Shown: positions 60,862 through 64,000 of the stretch, piece after piece
How the letters are laid out: every line of letters starts with the position of its first letter
How positions within the stretch are numbered: position 1 is the stretch's first letter
Origin: Pocillopora verrucosa
Taxonomy: Eukaryota
Direction of reading: 5' to 3'
Length of the DNA: 64,000 bases
NCBI RefSeq assembly: GCF_036669915.1
Contig: NC_089320.1
Coordinates: 15,851,874-15,915,873, forward strand
Position numbers and translations under genes: made by a program
The notes under the pieces: model-generated
The model's input: only the letters and a program-made list of their open reading frames with translations
Database searches by the model: none
Told to the model about the DNA's origin: nothing

Positions 60862-63236
60862 TGATAAAATTCGTAAATTTCCCTTGACAAGTTTTGCGTA
60901 GCAGAATAGGTGAAAGAAAACTATCAAAAACGAATACTGATGGCGTAGTTGACTTTTTAAGGACGCTTCCTAAGGAGACGGTTGTAGATTTTAGATTATT
61001 TCGACTGCAGGATACTAAGGATACTAGCCGATTTTCTTGACTATTAACTACCCTGAAAACGTTTTTCTCCTCAGTTACAATGTTTATTCATGTTGATTTG
61101 CCTATCTATCGTTCTTGAAACCTGACCTTTTAGCGTCCTTTTTGCGTCCCACGCGCGCATAAAAGGCAACCTTATCGTCCTTTCTTCTGTTGTATTTAGT
61201 AATTCGAAGGATCCTGACCTCTGCTACATTTGTAACTTTTGAAACCTTTGGCACAAGTGGGACCGATATGAAAGTTTATTCTTTTATTTTCCTTAGGTTT
61301 AGTTTTCTTTTATTTTGATTAGATAAAGGTAGTCGAAAATCTATTGTACTGTGTACCTTTTTAATTGCTTTGTGATAAGTAGCGATAATCACGCTTAGCG
61401 TTTACTAGCAAACGCTCACCTATTAGTTTGAGAACGTTTGAGCTACTGACTGTTTGCGTGAATATATTGACGTTGTTTTTTTTTTTTGCCTTAAACGTTT
61501 TCATCGCGATTTGTAATTGACTCTGTTTTTGACTCACTGTTTATTTAGAAATGAAAGTTAACTAATGAAAGAGAGGTAACTGTACACCGAAAATAGCATA
61601 GCTAATCTAGGCGGTGTAGAGTTTTTGTATTACACAACATAAAATAATAAATATGAGAAAATATATACACATGCATATCTGCTAGAAAATTAATACATAA
61701 AGAGAGGATAAGATCATTACACAGAGAAGAAAGAAATTAAATAAGATCAATGCTTAAAAAAGAAGGCGAATGGTTAGATTTGTTTTTTCATGCTTTTATC
61801 TTATATATGGGAAGTGTTCGCCTCGATTAACAGGAATTTGTTTTATTATTAATTCAGTTTAGGTCGTTTTTAGCCTTTTGCCTGTTTTAGCAACTTGTTC
61901 GTCTTAATATCTTGGTAGTTTTAGTATTCTGGTTTTCATCGACAACAAATCTTTGTTAACCGTCACTTTGCTTCTCGTGATTGCGACCCGAAAAATAGTC
62001 CCAAACACTTCGGTAGCCATACGCCTAAAGCGACGCCTCGCTTGAATTTTCTTTCAGTCGTCGCAAGCGTAACACGGAAGTTTACTTAAACAAATTTTGT
62101 TGTTAATTTTCTTTGTCAACCTGTATACCTAGCACTTTCTCCGTTGTAACTCGGCGCTTGCATGTTGGCAAAAGTTGCAACATTGAAAAAAACGGCTTCA
62201 AAGTCTGATTACTGAACCATGGAAAAATTATTTCAAGCAACAAATATTTGCATAATGTTGGTATGTTTAATAATCATTTGATAATAATCGAACTGCACTG
62301 AGATATTTCGAACCGTTTATTGTACGTTACTTTTACTTCACCATCATATTGCCATTAAATTACCAGTGAGTTAGACATCTGTTAAATGATAAAAGGAGAT
62401 AAATTTATGTTTTTTAAATAGTGTTAACCCTACCACACCCTTGTGCTGACAGTGCAAGGTGCAGACAAGTCAACATTGAAACTGACTCTGTGCATGGTAT
62501 CTTCATAATGACCCTGGATGATCTCGATAATCATTATCTACGAGATGCCGTAATAATGATCTCACACACCCTCTAGATATCAATTTAACCGGCAAAGTTT
62601 ATTACTAGTCTAATGACTGTTTTCTAATTATGCGGAAGGTTGCTAACTTGACCGTGCGAGATCTGCCTGCATCAGTCCACAAATTTCCTGGCGATCTTCT
62701 GTAAAATATTTACGGAAAACACAAAACGTGACGCCACAACCATAGATACAACCACACAACTGAAAACACCTATCAACCAGTGAGAGCGCGCGTTCTATCT
62801 GTTGAATATTTAATAAACTTTTATAAGAGGTTACATGTACGCATACTCTTCCAATTACAAAAAGAAAAAAGGAGAGTATAAATGGACAGCGGTATGTTAT
62901 TTTTTTCTTTATTGACGCAACTTATATCGATTTAAATCGAGACAAAGCCAGATTGGAGTTTAGGAAAAAATGCCTCGCGTGGAGTTTTTATTGTCTTGAA
63001 ACTTGGCCAAATTGGAAACTTCTTGTCACTTTGTTCATGAGTGTTCTTGCATGACAGCTCTTAAAATAGCCGTGACTAAGACAGACCACGTGACCTTACC
63101 AGTTATCAAACGGGAGCGCGGGAAAAAACGATCATTGTTCATGTAAGTGTGCACTGTTTACCCAAATCATGTTACATGTAATTTAGAGATCTGATTCAAA
63201 AATTTCCTCGGTAAATTTGTAATCGTCAACATCATG

Positions 63237-63790
63237 GCGAGCTTTCGAGGCTACTTTTTACCCAAAGAAAGAGACTGGAACGAGGATGAAGACGACTCTG
63301 AAGTGGAAAGTGAAAGTGACGACAAATACTTAGAATGTAAAGACATCCTTAATACTACAAGTAGGTAATACCAGCTCTACCGCCCGTCGAAGACCCTAGA
63401 AAAGCTGAAAGAACTGTATGGCCAGCTTCTGCCAAAGAGAGAAAAATTTGGGCGTGTCAGATTTGATCGAATGTTTACTTACCCTTGATGGATGGTTGAG
63501 ATGATAGTGAATAAAAGATCTAATGGGCAGCAGAGCATTCCGTCCTACAGCATTCGATCTGACGACGGGGTCGATAAACTTTGATCTCGTTGTTTCTGAC
63601 GCAGGCATGCTGAATCAGTAATCAACATGCCTTTGCGATTTTGGACTTGATCGAAAACAGAAATCTCACTGCGATGCTCAATAATCCGAAGAAAAACGTA
63701 GAGGAATTCGCGCGCAGCAGTAAAGTCAACGATGATATTGCAAACCAGATTCGGAAAAGTTTGACCTCCACGGGTAAGTCTTACGATGAT
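63237..63790 (+). pseudogene. Second degenerate helicase-exon-1-like copy (in tandem unit B)
   Basis: Near-identical to 56574-57120. Confidence 0.5.
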
Positions 63791-64000
63791 TGTCTATATT
63801 TCAATGATTGACCTCTGATTGATGAAGTTTTTTTATTAGCGTGGCTTAATTCTTAAAGCAAAAAAAATGATAAAGCGACAATAAAGCGCTCAATAAGCAA
63901 ATCAAACAACAATAGACCTCTTTCAAGTCCGTGGTATGGTTTTTAGGGGTCTCAAAAGTCTCCAACGAGAAATAACGTTTTGCCATTTGGTCTCAAGATC

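Larger units (their letters stand above)
57091..63750. repeat. Tandem segmental duplication unit B (~6.7 kb = unit A + 1.45-kb insertion at 57791-59270); a third unit begins at 63751 and runs off the window
   Basis: Sequence identity with unit A on both sides of the insertion. Confidence 0.85.

Noticed and set aside
1-64000. Prokaryotic-style features (operons, CRISPR arrays, defence islands)
   Set aside because: The sequence is clearly eukaryotic. GT-AG introns, polypyrimidine tracts, multi-exon domain-shuffled genes, LINE and SINE elements are present, and there are no direct-repeat/spacer arrays.

Overview
This window is eukaryotic (metazoan) nuclear DNA, AT-rich and intron-rich. Its gene content is consistent with a cnidarian-like invertebrate; I saw no prokaryotic features, CRISPR array or operon. 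I resolved six gene units by hand from splice signals, phase continuity and protein motifs.

1. 1-12059, + strand: a 22-exon TIAM/Still-life-like Rac-GEF. The domain order is PH, coiled coil, Ras-binding domain, PDZ, DH, PH. The window opens inside one of its exons.
2. 14765-17861, - strand: an RCAN/calcipressin gene with the FLISPPASPPVGW signature.
3. 38373 down to 21309, - strand: a very large adhesion-receptor gene of at least 17 exons. It encodes a signal peptide, a poly-Arg stretch, a TSP1 repeat, a calcium-binding EGF, at least 9 cadherin repeats, EGF modules, a TM helix, and a cytoplasmic tail built of tandem NPxY repeats. Two apparent 1-nt frameshifts fall in homopolymer runs of this gene.
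4. 39055-45333, + strand: a 4-exon HELB-like SF1 DNA helicase with a C-terminal zinc ribbon. It diverges from the adhesion gene across a roughly 680-bp shared promoter region that carries an E2F-like site.
5. 47903-51448, - strand: a full-length, intact non-LTR retrotransposon ORF (PHD-like zinc finger, APE endonuclease, RT) with a (TGTA)n tail.
6. From about 51.86 kb to the window end: a tandem segmental array of at least 2.5 units. Each unit carries an intronless class-A GPCR (two complete copies about 97% identical) plus a degenerate copy of exon 1 of the helicase gene, and one unit carries a 1.45-kb nested insertion.

Several dispersed MITE/SINE-like repeat families and simple repeats are also present.
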